From Leptospira sp. (GTDB taxonomy: Bacteria; Spirochaetota; Leptospiria; Leptospirales; Leptospiraceae): a DNA stretch of 64,000 nucleotides. Made by a program: the position numbers and the translations under genes. Positions 1 to 9,434 of this stretch are shown here, one piece after another. The notes beneath the pieces were generated by a model. The model was not told the origin of the DNA and ran no database searches. It saw only the letters and a list, made by a program, of their open reading frames with translations. The stretch covers positions 128,001 through 192,000 of the forward strand of contig JAWXAQ010000033.1 of NCBI GenBank assembly GCA_034439575.1, given 5' to 3'. Each line of letters opens with the position of its first letter. The stretch's first letter is position 1.

Positions 1-2
1 TA

Positions 3-1151
3 TTTAGTAAGTATGTATTGCCTTTCTATTCAGATACAAACCTCTATAGCATAATGTTTCCTTTAGCTGCCATGGGAGTTTTTTTTGGAGGCATAACATC
101 CTTTTTTCATAAGGACCCAAAAAAAGCATTGGCTTATAGTTCCATTGAATCTATCAATTTTCTTTGGTTATGTCTTTCTACATCTGGTTTGTTCCAAGGA
201 AGTCTAGATACTGATTTAAAATTTCTCAGCAATTCATTTTACATTCTGTTTTTCATTAGTTTATTACATCATTCTTTTTCAAAAACGTTCCAACTTTTTT
301 CCATCGGACTTGTGGCAAGGTTGAGAAACTCAAGTTCTGCCGATGAAATGAAGGGAATCGGCAGGTATATTGGTATATCACCATTATGGATGGGGATCGG
401 TACTTTCAGTTATGCGGTGATACCAGGTACAATTGGATTTGTTTCGGAGGCTACTTATTTATTTTTGAATGCCCGAATATTGGACATGCCACTTGGAAGA
501 TCAGTGTTTTTGCTACCAGCTATGATTTTTATATTTTTTGGTATAGTGTTAGGTGGTTTTACACATATAAAATTATTTTTAAGTTTGTTTCTTTCTTTTC
601 CAGATAAAAATATAACATTACCAGAGTGGAGTAAGGAACAAAAACTATGGGTTTTTATTTCCCTTGGAAGTTTAGCTTTGATGATTTTGTCCATCCCCAT
701 CGCCTTACCGTTTATATTAAAAATTCCATCTCTTTCAAAGTATACAGATCCAATCCTAATGCAATGGATTCAGAGTTTATCCTTAGTCTCTAGCATAACT
801 CTTATTTTTGTAATAAGTTTGGTTATGTTTCGTTGGGCCCACAAAATTCAAAGTAGGAAGTATTGGGACTGTGGAAATAGTTATTTTGGGTCAGAACTTT
901 CTATCCCAGCCTCTGTTTTTTCAGAACCTCTCAGAAATTCCCTAGGAAGATATTTTTTAACAAAGGAAGGCCTTTCGATTATAGATCAAAGTTTTTTCAA
1001 ATTTTTTAAAAAGTTCTTAGATATTGGTGAATTTGTAATTCAAAAAGAGGATCATCACGATGAAGAAGTTAGTAAATATTTAGCCATCTCATCTGTATTT
1101 TTAATATTGATTCTCGCCATACTAATATTAGGTGATTGGGGGAAATTTTAA
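3..1151 (+). CDS. hyfB: Proton-conducting antiporter-like membrane subunit (HyfB/NuoL-MrpD family) of the Ehr complex; 5'-truncated by the window edge
   Basis: Frame is open from position 3. Very hydrophobic, with family motifs KKALAYSSIE, HHSFSKTFQLF, GFVSE, YWDCG. First gene of a hyf-like operon. Confidence 0.8.
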   Translation, partial: FSKYVLPFYSDTNLYSIMFPLAAMGVFFGGITSFFHKDPKKALAYSSIESINFLWLCLSTSGLFQGSLDTDLKFLSNSFYILFFISLLHHSFSKTFQLFSIGLVARLRNSSSADEMKGIGRYIGISPLWMGIGTFSYAVIPGTIGFVSEATYLFLNARILDMPLGRSVFLLPAMIFIFFGIVLGGFTHIKLFLSLFLSFPDKNITLPEWSKEQKLWVFISLGSLALMILSIPIALPFILKIPSLSKYTDPILMQWIQSLSLVSSITLIFVISLVMFRWAHKIQSRKYWDCGNSYFGSELSIPASVFSEPLRNSLGRYFLTKEGLSIIDQSFFKFFKKFLDIGEFVIQKEDHHDEEVSKYLAISSVFLILILAILILGDWGKF

Positions 1152-2035
1152 TGAATATTAATCCAATTATTATAATTTTTTACCAGTGTCTGATATTTTT
1201 TGTCCTTCCTTTAATCTTGGGTGGAATCGTTCGCAAAGTCAGAGCACAAACGCAAGGACGAAAAGGTTCAAGTATCTTTCAGGTTTTTTACGAAGTACGA
1301 AAGTATCTAATGAAAAAACCAATAGATAATCCGAATTCTGGAATATTTGCAGAATTGTCCCCAATGATAGCAGTATATGCGGCTCTTATGTTATGGTCTA
1401 TTGTGATTTTCGAATGGGCACCATTCATATTGATACCATTTTTCCTTGCTCTCTATAGATTCTGTTATGTGAGTTTTGCTATGGAGAGCGGGACATCATT
1501 TGGGGGCTTAGGTGCGAGTCGAGAAATCCTTTTATCTGTAATGGCGGAACCGACAATCATTTTAATGATACTCGCCGCACAGTCCCATATCGAACTGTCT
1601 CTTACTCCCGTTGGTGCTTTAATTGGTTTATTATTTTTGGGACTTTCCTTTATTGCGATACTTGCTGAACTCGCCAAACCTCCATTTGATGATCCAAGAA
1701 CTCATTTGGAATTAACTATGGTACATGAGGCAATGATACTTGAAGCCTCAGGTAAAACTATGGGATACCTTGAGCTTGCAAGTCAAATTAAATTATCCGC
1801 CTTACTCGCATTTCTAATTAAATTAGCATTAGAACATTCGAAATTGTTTCCCATTGGTGAATTCGGAAATTTGAGTAGAGAGTTATTGGTTTTACCTGGA
1901 ACAATTGCTCTTGCGGTATTACTTGGTTTTTGGGAGGCCGATAGCGTTAGGCGGAAGTGGACTTGGGTTCCGGAATTTATGGGATTATCTTTTTTGGCAA
2001 TTTTAATATTAGGGACATTGGTTAAATTGTCCTAA
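1151..2035 (+). CDS. hyfC: NuoH/HyfC/HycD-type membrane subunit of the Ehr complex
   Basis: RKVRAQTQGRKG, FGGLGASRE, ELAKPPFD and HLELTMVHEAMILEASG motifs. The ATG at 1151 overlaps the upstream TAA (TAATG), so it is preferred to the track start at 1136. Confidence 0.85.
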   Translation: MNINPIIIIFYQCLIFFVLPLILGGIVRKVRAQTQGRKGSSIFQVFYEVRKYLMKKPIDNPNSGIFAELSPMIAVYAALMLWSIVIFEWAPFILIPFFLALYRFCYVSFAMESGTSFGGLGASREILLSVMAEPTIILMILAAQSHIELSLTPVGALIGLLFLGLSFIAILAELAKPPFDDPRTHLELTMVHEAMILEASGKTMGYLELASQIKLSALLAFLIKLALEHSKLFPIGEFGNLSRELLVLPGTIALAVLLGFWEADSVRRKWTWVPEFMGLSFLAILILGTLVKLS

Positions 2036-2044
2036 GGAAAATAT

Positions 2045-2656
2045 ATGTTATACGACTTTATATATCTCATACTGTTTCTTTCTGGTGTAGTCGTCTTAGT
2101 TGAAAATCGCCTTCATCGAATTACACTTTTTTTAAGTCTGCAGGGAATGTTATTGATCTTTCCTGTTTTGCAAACACACGAAGGAGATTTATTTCATTCG
2201 CTCGGTTTAATTACTTTGGTAGTATTATTCAAAGGAATTTTAACACCTATGATTTTAAATTGGACTGCCAAAAAATCCCAAATGAGAGAGAGCACTGTAC
2301 CAAGGTTTGGTTATTTGGCTACTTTGTTGTTTTTGGTTCTAGGCCTTATATTTGCAGTCAAAATTACTGAAGGTGTTAAGGAGTTATCTATACCTGTTCA
2401 TAAGATTGGTTTAATCTATGTTATACTGATGATTTATGTCGGAGTTCTCTGTTTTATCGTGAGGAGCAATTGGCTCGCATTGATAGCCGGGTTTTGTGTA
2501 TTTGAAAATGGCATCTTTGTATTAACGCTTGTTTTAGATAAAGGACTCCCCTTTGGATTAGAATTTGGCTCCTTTCTCGATGCAGTGCTTGTGATTGTAT
2601 CGGGCGGTATTTTGCAACTTTCTCCACATATGCATCCCAAAGGAGATAAACAATGA
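2045..2656 (+). CDS. hyfE: HyfE-like membrane subunit
   Basis: 203 aa hydrophobic protein with LSLQG, FENGIF and LEFGSFLD motifs; operon position. Confidence 0.8.
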   Translation: MLYDFIYLILFLSGVVVLVENRLHRITLFLSLQGMLLIFPVLQTHEGDLFHSLGLITLVVLFKGILTPMILNWTAKKSQMRESTVPRFGYLATLLFLVLGLIFAVKITEGVKELSIPVHKIGLIYVILMIYVGVLCFIVRSNWLALIAGFCVFENGIFVLTLVLDKGLPFGLEFGSFLDAVLVIVSGGILQLSPHMHPKGDKQ

Positions 2657-3870
2657 GCCAGAATATTTTTTTTATAACAGGTCTTTATTGTTTTTTTGTA
2701 GTATTCGGAATATTTATTTTCGCACCAACGAAAGGGCAAACAAGAATTTGGTTATGGTCCATCTTGAAAATATTTTTCTTCGGTGCTCTTTTTTCTTCGT
2801 GGTTCACAGAAAATATTGTGCTTAAATGGATTTTAATTGAAGCATCAACTTTATTTGGGTCACTTCTGATTTCATCCAGTGGAACCGAACGATCTTTCCA
2901 AGTGGGATGGAAATTTTTACTTATCAATTCATACGGATTAGGCATAGCTTTCCTTGGCATTGTGATTTTATTGTTTGCCTCAAAGCCATTAGATAGTTTG
3001 GATTTTTCTGCCTTAAAAATTGGCCTGGAAGGACAGTCTAGTTTGTTAGTTGAGACTGCTCTCTTATTATCTGTCTATGGATACAGTGCTAAATTGGGTC
3101 TTGTACCAAATCATTTTTGGGTAGGGGATACATATGCCGAAAGTCCAAGTCAGATATCATCGCTTATCGCATCTTTTGTGCCGGTGTCTGTGGCTCTTGC
3201 TTTAAGACCTCTCATCCAATTGGAAAAAGAAATAAATCCTTCTATCATTAATTCAGCAAATGGATTATTATTCATGGGTATTTTAACTATACTCTATGCG
3301 ACTTGGATTTTGCATAGAAGGGATGATATAAGAAGGATCGCTGCCAAAGTCGCATTATTTCATACAGGAATGTTGGCCGTATTTTTATGGTTAGATGTCA
3401 ATGACCAAGTATTCTATTTTTTACTTTCTTCTACTTTGATAGTGAAACTCTTAATCTTTGTTTCAATGGGAATATTAAGAATGGATTCTGGAAAGAGAAT
3501 GATCGCTCAAATCGTTGACTTACCATTTATAAATCAAAAATCTTTTTACGGATACTTTATCGCTTTAATTATCGCCTTTGTATTTCCTCTTTCTCCGGTA
3601 TTTATTTTGGATATGGAAATTATTAAAACGAGTTTATTTCAAAATAAGTTATGGTTGTTTAGTTTTCCTCTAATGGGATTGATTTTTTTCTATATTGCTC
3701 TAAACAAAATTTTACCAATCATCCGAGTCAAAAATAGAGAATTTGAATTGGTTCATAAACGAGTGTTACGGATCAGGTTGGGATTTTTGATTTTAAGTAT
3801 TGTCGTATCATTGGTGATAGGTGGACTTGGGATGTATTCCTTGATTACGAATGGAGGATATCATGTCTAA
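2653..3870 (+). CDS. hyfF: HyfF-like antiporter membrane subunit
   Basis: WILIEASTL, WKFLLINS and GYSAKLGLVPNHFWVGDTYAESPSQIS motifs; ATGA overlap with hyfE. Confidence 0.85.
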   Translation: MSQNIFFITGLYCFFVVFGIFIFAPTKGQTRIWLWSILKIFFFGALFSSWFTENIVLKWILIEASTLFGSLLISSSGTERSFQVGWKFLLINSYGLGIAFLGIVILLFASKPLDSLDFSALKIGLEGQSSLLVETALLLSVYGYSAKLGLVPNHFWVGDTYAESPSQISSLIASFVPVSVALALRPLIQLEKEINPSIINSANGLLFMGILTILYATWILHRRDDIRRIAAKVALFHTGMLAVFLWLDVNDQVFYFLLSSTLIVKLLIFVSMGILRMDSGKRMIAQIVDLPFINQKSFYGYFIALIIAFVFPLSPVFILDMEIIKTSLFQNKLWLFSFPLMGLIFFYIALNKILPIIRVKNREFELVHKRVLRIRLGFLILSIVVSLVIGGLGMYSLITNGGYHV

Positions 3871-5290
3871 ACCGACTGGCTTATTCTTTAATAAAAAAGA
3901 TCAATCATTCTATCAATTTCTATTGCTTGACCAAAAAATAAGTATGAAGAAAATTTCTGGAAAAAGAAGTCCCATCGATTTTCTTATGGATGAGAATTAC
4001 CCCATTTGGATACTTCGGCATTCCTTAGGTAAAGATATGGGACCGGAAGATTATTCCCATTTAACAGAAGCAGATTATCTCACTGAAAAAAGAAGTAAAG
4101 TATTAGGATTGCACCAACGCTCTGGATCTATTAGGGATTTATTTTTTCATGGAATCAATGTTCCTTGTAATGATAATTCATATTCGCATGCTGTTGGGCC
4201 AATACACGCAGGGATTATCGAACCAGGTCATTTTAGATTTGTGGTTGAAGGTGAAATGATACATCACCTAACAATAAGGCTTGGATTTCAAAATAGAGAT
4301 TTGCAGGCGAGTATTCATCAATCGGATACAAAAAAAATCATGCATATTTCTGAGGCGATTTCCGGAGATTCTTCTATTAGTTATGCTTTAGTTTTTTCAA
4401 AAATATTCGAAGAAGCAGCCAGAATCAAAATTTCAAAATCTGTTTCCTTGTTTCGATCTATCTTGGTCGAAATCGAACGTATTGCCATACATATTGGAGA
4501 TTTAGGTGGGCTTTCAGAAGATATTGGATATTATCCATTGTATGGTGTTTGTGTAACAGATAGAGGTGCAGCTCTTGGATTAATGGAAAATTGGACAGGA
4601 AATAGATTTGGTAAAGGAGCCATTCGTCCTGGTGGGGTTCGAGTTAATCGTAGAATTAGTGTTAAAGATGCTATGCTAGCGTTTGAATCTTTGAAAAAAA
4701 CATTTGTGAAAAACATTGAACCACAAATCGAGCGGGCATTAGTTGATTCTACCATTAAAGAAAGATTGCAAGGTTGTGGTCCAATCACAAAAGATGAAAT
4801 AAAAAAGAATGGATTTGTGGGTCAGACAGCCAGATGTGCAGGTGAATTAATCGACCTTCGTATCGCAGACGATAATTATCCAAACTGGAAATCATTACCC
4901 ATAGAAGAAGATCAGGTTAATTATTCTGGGGATGCATGGGCTAGATTTTATTTAAGATACAACGAGATAAAACAATCCTTAGACTGGATAAATCGCACAC
5001 TTCCAGAGATAAATTGGGATGATCTTTGGTCAGATGAACAAAATAATAAGACAAATAAAACTTATCCCCTACAAGCTGGAATTTATTATAACACGGTAGA
5101 ATCTTGGCGTGGTCCAATTCTTGTATCCTTGCTGATTGATGAATTGGGAAAAGTTACTGATTCCTATATCAGGGACCCTTCGGTTTTGAATTGGCATGCA
5201 CTTGAACTTGCTGTAAGAGGTGAGTTAATCGGAGATTTCCCATTGAACAACAAATCGTTTAATTTAAGTTACGCTGGATTTGATTTATGA
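3863..5290 (+). CDS. Ehr large subunit (NuoD/HycE-like) lacking the NiFe-binding cysteines
   Basis: VGPIHAGIIEPGHFRF, EIERIAIHIGDLG, VESWRG and C-terminal DFPLNNKSFNLSYAG. No RxCxxC or DPCxxC. GGAGGA Shine-Dalgarno precedes the ATG at 3863. Confidence 0.85.
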   Translation: MSKPTGLFFNKKDQSFYQFLLLDQKISMKKISGKRSPIDFLMDENYPIWILRHSLGKDMGPEDYSHLTEADYLTEKRSKVLGLHQRSGSIRDLFFHGINVPCNDNSYSHAVGPIHAGIIEPGHFRFVVEGEMIHHLTIRLGFQNRDLQASIHQSDTKKIMHISEAISGDSSISYALVFSKIFEEAARIKISKSVSLFRSILVEIERIAIHIGDLGGLSEDIGYYPLYGVCVTDRGAALGLMENWTGNRFGKGAIRPGGVRVNRRISVKDAMLAFESLKKTFVKNIEPQIERALVDSTIKERLQGCGPITKDEIKKNGFVGQTARCAGELIDLRIADDNYPNWKSLPIEEDQVNYSGDAWARFYLRYNEIKQSLDWINRTLPEINWDDLWSDEQNNKTNKTYPLQAGIYYNTVESWRGPILVSLLIDELGKVTDSYIRDPSVLNWHALELAVRGELIGDFPLNNKSFNLSYAGFDL

Positions 5291-6102
5291 GACAACTATT
5301 AGAAATCACAAATTTTTTCTCAAAAAACCAGACTATGGACTGGGATAATGCAGCATTGGTTCATCCGAAAAATAGAGGGATCCCTACACCCACAAAAAAA
5401 ATGTTAGGTGGATGTAATGAATGTGCTTCTTGCATAACTTCCTGCCCGACGATGGCTATCGAAAAAAAATCAAATACATTAATCCAATTTGATTATGGTG
5501 CCTGCATTCAATGTGGTGAATGTGTTTCCCATTGTCCTGATCAAAAATTAAAAAACTCTGGTTTCAACTATGTTTTTAGTAAACATAGGGATGACTTGGT
5601 TGTAAATTACGAAGCTGGCGCACTCGTTTGGAAAGATACGACAGAAGATTCAGACAATCATAAACAATTTCAAAAATTGACTAAATCCAATGGATTTTTA
5701 TACAGAGAAGTAGCCGCCGGTGGAAATAATTCGGCAGAGTGTGAATTGAATGCTTCTTTTAATTCTGTTTTTGATTCAGAACGAGAGGGTGTTCGCTGTG
5801 TTGCGAGCCCTAAACATGCGGATGCAATTGTTTACTCGGGACCCATTTCCAAAAATATGGAAGGTCCCCTAAATGACGCATTTGCCGTCATAGCAGAACC
5901 GAAAGCCTTGATCGCCTGCGGAACTGAGGCCATAAGTGGTGGTTTATTTAAACTAGGGAAACAACCCAAGGTACCAGATTTATTTATTGGAGGTGATCCT
6001 CCGAGGCCTGATGTGATTCTGCAGGCCTTCCGTTATTTAATGGGAAGATTTTCTTTTTCTTTCCAAGAGGCGCTTCACAAATTTTTGCAATCTGAAAAAT
6101 AA
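5287..6102 (+). CDS. Fusion of a 2x[4Fe-4S] ferredoxin (NuoI/HycF-like) and a NuoB/HycG-like domain with degenerate cluster ligands
   Basis: CNECASCITSCP and CIQCGECVSHCP ferredoxin motifs, then ASPKHAD, GPISKNM, PKALIA and GGDPPRP of the NuoB family. Confidence 0.85.
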   Translation: MRQLLEITNFFSKNQTMDWDNAALVHPKNRGIPTPTKKMLGGCNECASCITSCPTMAIEKKSNTLIQFDYGACIQCGECVSHCPDQKLKNSGFNYVFSKHRDDLVVNYEAGALVWKDTTEDSDNHKQFQKLTKSNGFLYREVAAGGNNSAECELNASFNSVFDSEREGVRCVASPKHADAIVYSGPISKNMEGPLNDAFAVIAEPKALIACGTEAISGGLFKLGKQPKVPDLFIGGDPPRPDVILQAFRYLMGRFSFSFQEALHKFLQSEK

Positions 6103-6107
6103 GGTAT

Positions 6108-7343
6108 GTGCAATTAGAAAAAGAAGAAATCGTTCGTATTCTATTTATCGAACCAGACAAAAAGTCCCATGACATCTTGGTTGGTTTGTTAAAAGACTGG
6201 TTCCAAGATTACGTAGAAATTGTTTGGCGGTCTATTTATGAAAATGGGATCACTGAATTAAAAAAAGGCAATTTTGATTTAATCATATCTGAAGTGATTT
6301 TTCCTGAAAGAGATGATACCGAGGAAGTGGTGTTAATTGATCTTTCGGAAGTTGCTGGACGGCATGAAGTTCCCATAGTCATATTTTCAAATTCGACTGA
6401 CAAAAGTTTACCGATATTATCTTTCCAATTGGGCATAAGCGAATTTTTTCCAAAGAAAAGGATCGATAAATCTTTAATCGAACATCGCATCCGTAATTTA
6501 TTCCGAGAAATCTATCGCAAAAAAGTAATTTCGATTCAAATGGATGATTCTTTTAGAAGATTTCAAGAAATGTATGGCATGAACCAAACAGAGATTCAAG
6601 ATTTGAATACTCTTGTTAAAAAATTTAAACAAGACTTAGAAAAAGAATACGAAGAAAAATTAAAATTAGAATTTGAAAAAAAGAAAATGCAAAACGTATT
6701 CGGGATGTATGTAGATCCTGTAGTTGTTGAAAGTATAATGAACAATTCATTTTCATTGGACCAAAAAGGGCATGTTCAAGAAGTATCTGTAATTTTTTCG
6801 GATATACGTGGTTATACGACTCTTTCAGAAAAACAAAAACCAGACCAAGTCATATCTTTTTTAAATGAATACTTTACTGCTATGACTGAAGTGATCCTCG
6901 GTTATGGAGGTATGATCGACAAGTATATTGGTGATTCCATCATGTGTTTGTTTGGTGCTCCCATATTCCAAGAAGAACATAGGCAAAACGCATTGGACTG
7001 CGCCATAGAAATGGTACAAGTTTTTCAGTTATGGCAACCAAAATGGCAAGAGATTTATGGATTCACGCCTGAGCTTGGTATTGGGATTGCTTCGGGCAAT
7101 GCTATTGTTGGTAACGTTGGTTCCTTCCAAAAATTATCTTATACCGCAGTCGGTGATACTGTCAATATGGCGAGTCGCTTAGAATCAATGGCAAAACCTA
7201 TGCATGTATATGTATCTGAGGGTTTGTATAATTATTTGCCAGAAAGTTATGCTTCAAAGTACATTTATGAAGAATTGGAACCTGTAAAGATCAAAGGCAA
7301 AGAAGGATTGCACCGAATATTAAGTGTGAAGCCTCTCGCCTAA
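6108..7343 (+). CDS. Class III adenylate cyclase with N-terminal receiver-like domain and coiled-coil linker
   Basis: IFSDIRGYT, DKYIGDSIM and YTAVGDTVNMASRLE catalytic motifs. N-terminus has a receiver pattern (ILFIEPD...DLIISE...PIVIFS). Confidence 0.9.
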   Translation: MQLEKEEIVRILFIEPDKKSHDILVGLLKDWFQDYVEIVWRSIYENGITELKKGNFDLIISEVIFPERDDTEEVVLIDLSEVAGRHEVPIVIFSNSTDKSLPILSFQLGISEFFPKKRIDKSLIEHRIRNLFREIYRKKVISIQMDDSFRRFQEMYGMNQTEIQDLNTLVKKFKQDLEKEYEEKLKLEFEKKKMQNVFGMYVDPVVVESIMNNSFSLDQKGHVQEVSVIFSDIRGYTTLSEKQKPDQVISFLNEYFTAMTEVILGYGGMIDKYIGDSIMCLFGAPIFQEEHRQNALDCAIEMVQVFQLWQPKWQEIYGFTPELGIGIASGNAIVGNVGSFQKLSYTAVGDTVNMASRLESMAKPMHVYVSEGLYNYLPESYASKYIYEELEPVKIKGKEGLHRILSVKPLA

Positions 7344-7345
7344 TA

Positions 7346-8188
7346 TTATAAAGTCGAACAAAACTGATATAATTCGTTGTTTGTGATCTTTGTTCCATAA
7401 CTTTCTGTGAGCGGAGGCGTTTGTTCTTTGTTAAGTGAGAATATTTCCTGATAAGATTCAAACAATGAATCAGTATCCGATTCTTTTTTCCCGTGGTTTG
7501 TTAACTTTGCCACAACAGAACCAAATCCTATCAATTGGGATAGCAGGGATTGTTCTTTTGGTGGTTTTGCTTTCTCTTCAATGACTTGGATGATTTGGGC
7601 TGGAAGTTTCCAAAGTTTTGCGGCTTCTGTGCCCATTTCGATGGAGTCAACACCGAACGCATTTTTTTCTAGTTCAAGAAATGATTTGTCCGAAGTTTGA
7701 AATTCAGTCAATATTTCCACGTACTTAGGTCTATCGATTGTATTGAGAACGATTTTTCCCAAATCTTGCATGAGACCACAAGTGAGAGAATGTTCAGCTT
7801 CTTTTTTCAGTTTTTTTTCTTCGCAAAGAAATTGCGCGATGATACCTTTTGCAATGGAGTGATCCCATACTTCATCTTTGAATTTTTTATAATTTCCCTG
7901 ACTGAAAAGAGAGTCAGTCATAGACATTGCCACCATTGACCTAACAGTTTTAAATCCAAGTCGTGTGATCACTTGTTTCATATTGGCAATGGGATTTCCC
8001 CGAGAAAAGAATGGCGAATTTGCCAATTTTAAAAGTCGAGCTACGAGCACTTGGTCCGATTGGACTTTATTTTCCAATTCCCCAAATCCCATTTCATTAT
8101 CATCATTGAGTGAAAGAATAGAAATGAGGACGGGGGGAACGATCGTAAGGTCTTTGATTTGGGAAAGGTAGTCGGAAACTGTTGGCAT
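7346..8188 (-). CDS. HDOD domain protein
   Basis: DQVLVARLLKLANSPFF, ITRLGF, WDHSI, GLMQDLGK and LWKLP motifs. Confidence 0.9.
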   Translation of the reverse strand: MPTVSDYLSQIKDLTIVPPVLISILSLNDDNEMGFGELENKVQSDQVLVARLLKLANSPFFSRGNPIANMKQVITRLGFKTVRSMVAMSMTDSLFSQGNYKKFKDEVWDHSIAKGIIAQFLCEEKKLKKEAEHSLTCGLMQDLGKIVLNTIDRPKYVEILTEFQTSDKSFLELEKNAFGVDSIEMGTEAAKLWKLPAQIIQVIEEKAKPPKEQSLLSQLIGFGSVVAKLTNHGKKESDTDSLFESYQEIFSLNKEQTPPLTESYGTKITNNELYQFCSTL

Positions 8189-8249
8189 AGTAAACTCTTA
8201 ATACCAGTTTCCTATGACAACATTATGGGTAAAACAAAAAGTCTTTAAC

Positions 8250-9377
8250 TTAGTTTTGCATCATGCGGGCAAATTCTATATCTTTATAGTAGTGATTCAA
8301 AATATCTTTGTAATCAAAATTTTCCTTTGCCATCGCGTAACTTCCCCATTGAGAAAGACCCACACCATGACCGGAACCGGTTCCTTTCACAAAGAAAATT
8401 CCATCATCTTCACGGCGTATTCCGAATCGAGTTGATTTAATTTTTGAGGCGCCAAGTAGTTTTCTAAAATCAACAGCTTTGATTCTTTTTGTTCCCCTTG
8501 AGCCAATGATATCCATTTCATTCACACGCGCAGAAGTAAAACGAGTTGCAACGACTATATCTTGCACATCCCCTAGATTTAACCCAGCAAGGGCTGTGTT
8601 AATTTGAGTTTGAGTCAGTTTATCTTCCCATGCATAGTTTTCGCCTTCTTTGTCATAATCGGAGCGAACGCTCGTTAGATATTCAACCTTATTTCCCCAT
8701 ACGTTTAACGGGTCTTCGGTGATTCCACCACTATTGGAATGAAAAAAACTTTGGATAGGGCTACCATTAAAAACCAGAATGAGTCCTTGTGTGTCTTCTA
8801 CGGCACGAGTTGTGTTTTGGTTTTCTTTTGTAATGCCCTTGTATACTTGTGTGTTAGTCGTTGTATCTACATCGTAGGCTTGTTTTCTTTTTGCCATCAT
8901 CTCTCGAACAACATAAGTTCTAGCGCAAACCGCTTGGGCTTTCAAAGCTTCACTTGGCCAAGAAGCTGGAACTTCTGATGGAACCACAGACAAAAGATAT
9001 TCTTCCATATTGACTTCGTTGATGATAAGGACTTTTTGATTTGTAGGTTTGATTTTAATTTCACCACGATACTTCGCACCTTTGTATTCTATATAATCTC
9101 CAGTGGAAGAAATTCGAATTGGTGCTTTGATGAGAGTAGGGTCCATGCTCAAAAATTCGTAAGCTTTTTTCATTAATAAATCATTGGCATCATAAACTTC
9201 TATGGTTCCATTTGATTTAAAATTTTCCTCATTAGTGGCTTCAGAGAGTAAAACTCTAACTTTAGAGAAGCCTTGCGATGAATCTGAGGGAACCCAAGTG
9301 GAAACGACCATCGTATGACAACCGATAACGCCAAGTAAGGATAAAGTCAAAGTTGCGGATATCCGTGCGAATTTCAT
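8250..9377 (-). CDS. SpoIID/LytB family peptidoglycan lytic transglycosylase, probable lipoprotein
   Basis: YLLSVVPSEVP, EALKAQAVCARTY, QVYKG and GSGHGVGLSQWG; lipobox-like LLGVIGC. Confidence 0.9.
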   Translation of the reverse strand: MKFARISATLTLSLLGVIGCHTMVVSTWVPSDSSQGFSKVRVLLSEATNEENFKSNGTIEVYDANDLLMKKAYEFLSMDPTLIKAPIRISSTGDYIEYKGAKYRGEIKIKPTNQKVLIINEVNMEEYLLSVVPSEVPASWPSEALKAQAVCARTYVVREMMAKRKQAYDVDTTTNTQVYKGITKENQNTTRAVEDTQGLILVFNGSPIQSFFHSNSGGITEDPLNVWGNKVEYLTSVRSDYDKEGENYAWEDKLTQTQINTALAGLNLGDVQDIVVATRFTSARVNEMDIIGSRGTKRIKAVDFRKLLGASKIKSTRFGIRREDDGIFFVKGTGSGHGVGLSQWGSYAMAKENFDYKDILNHYYKDIEFARMMQN

Positions 9378-9434
9378 AATTCCTCTCTCATTAGAGAAAT
9401 CGGCTGATTTAGAAAATTTCCTTTTAAAAAAACC

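Noticed and set aside
3863-5290. Annotation as a true NiFe hydrogenase or formate hydrogenlyase large subunit
   Set aside because: Both CxxC nickel-binding motifs are absent.
8250-9377. Sporulation function for the SpoIID and SpoIIE-domain genes
   Set aside because: Both families are widespread in non-sporulating bacteria, and no other sporulation genes are present.
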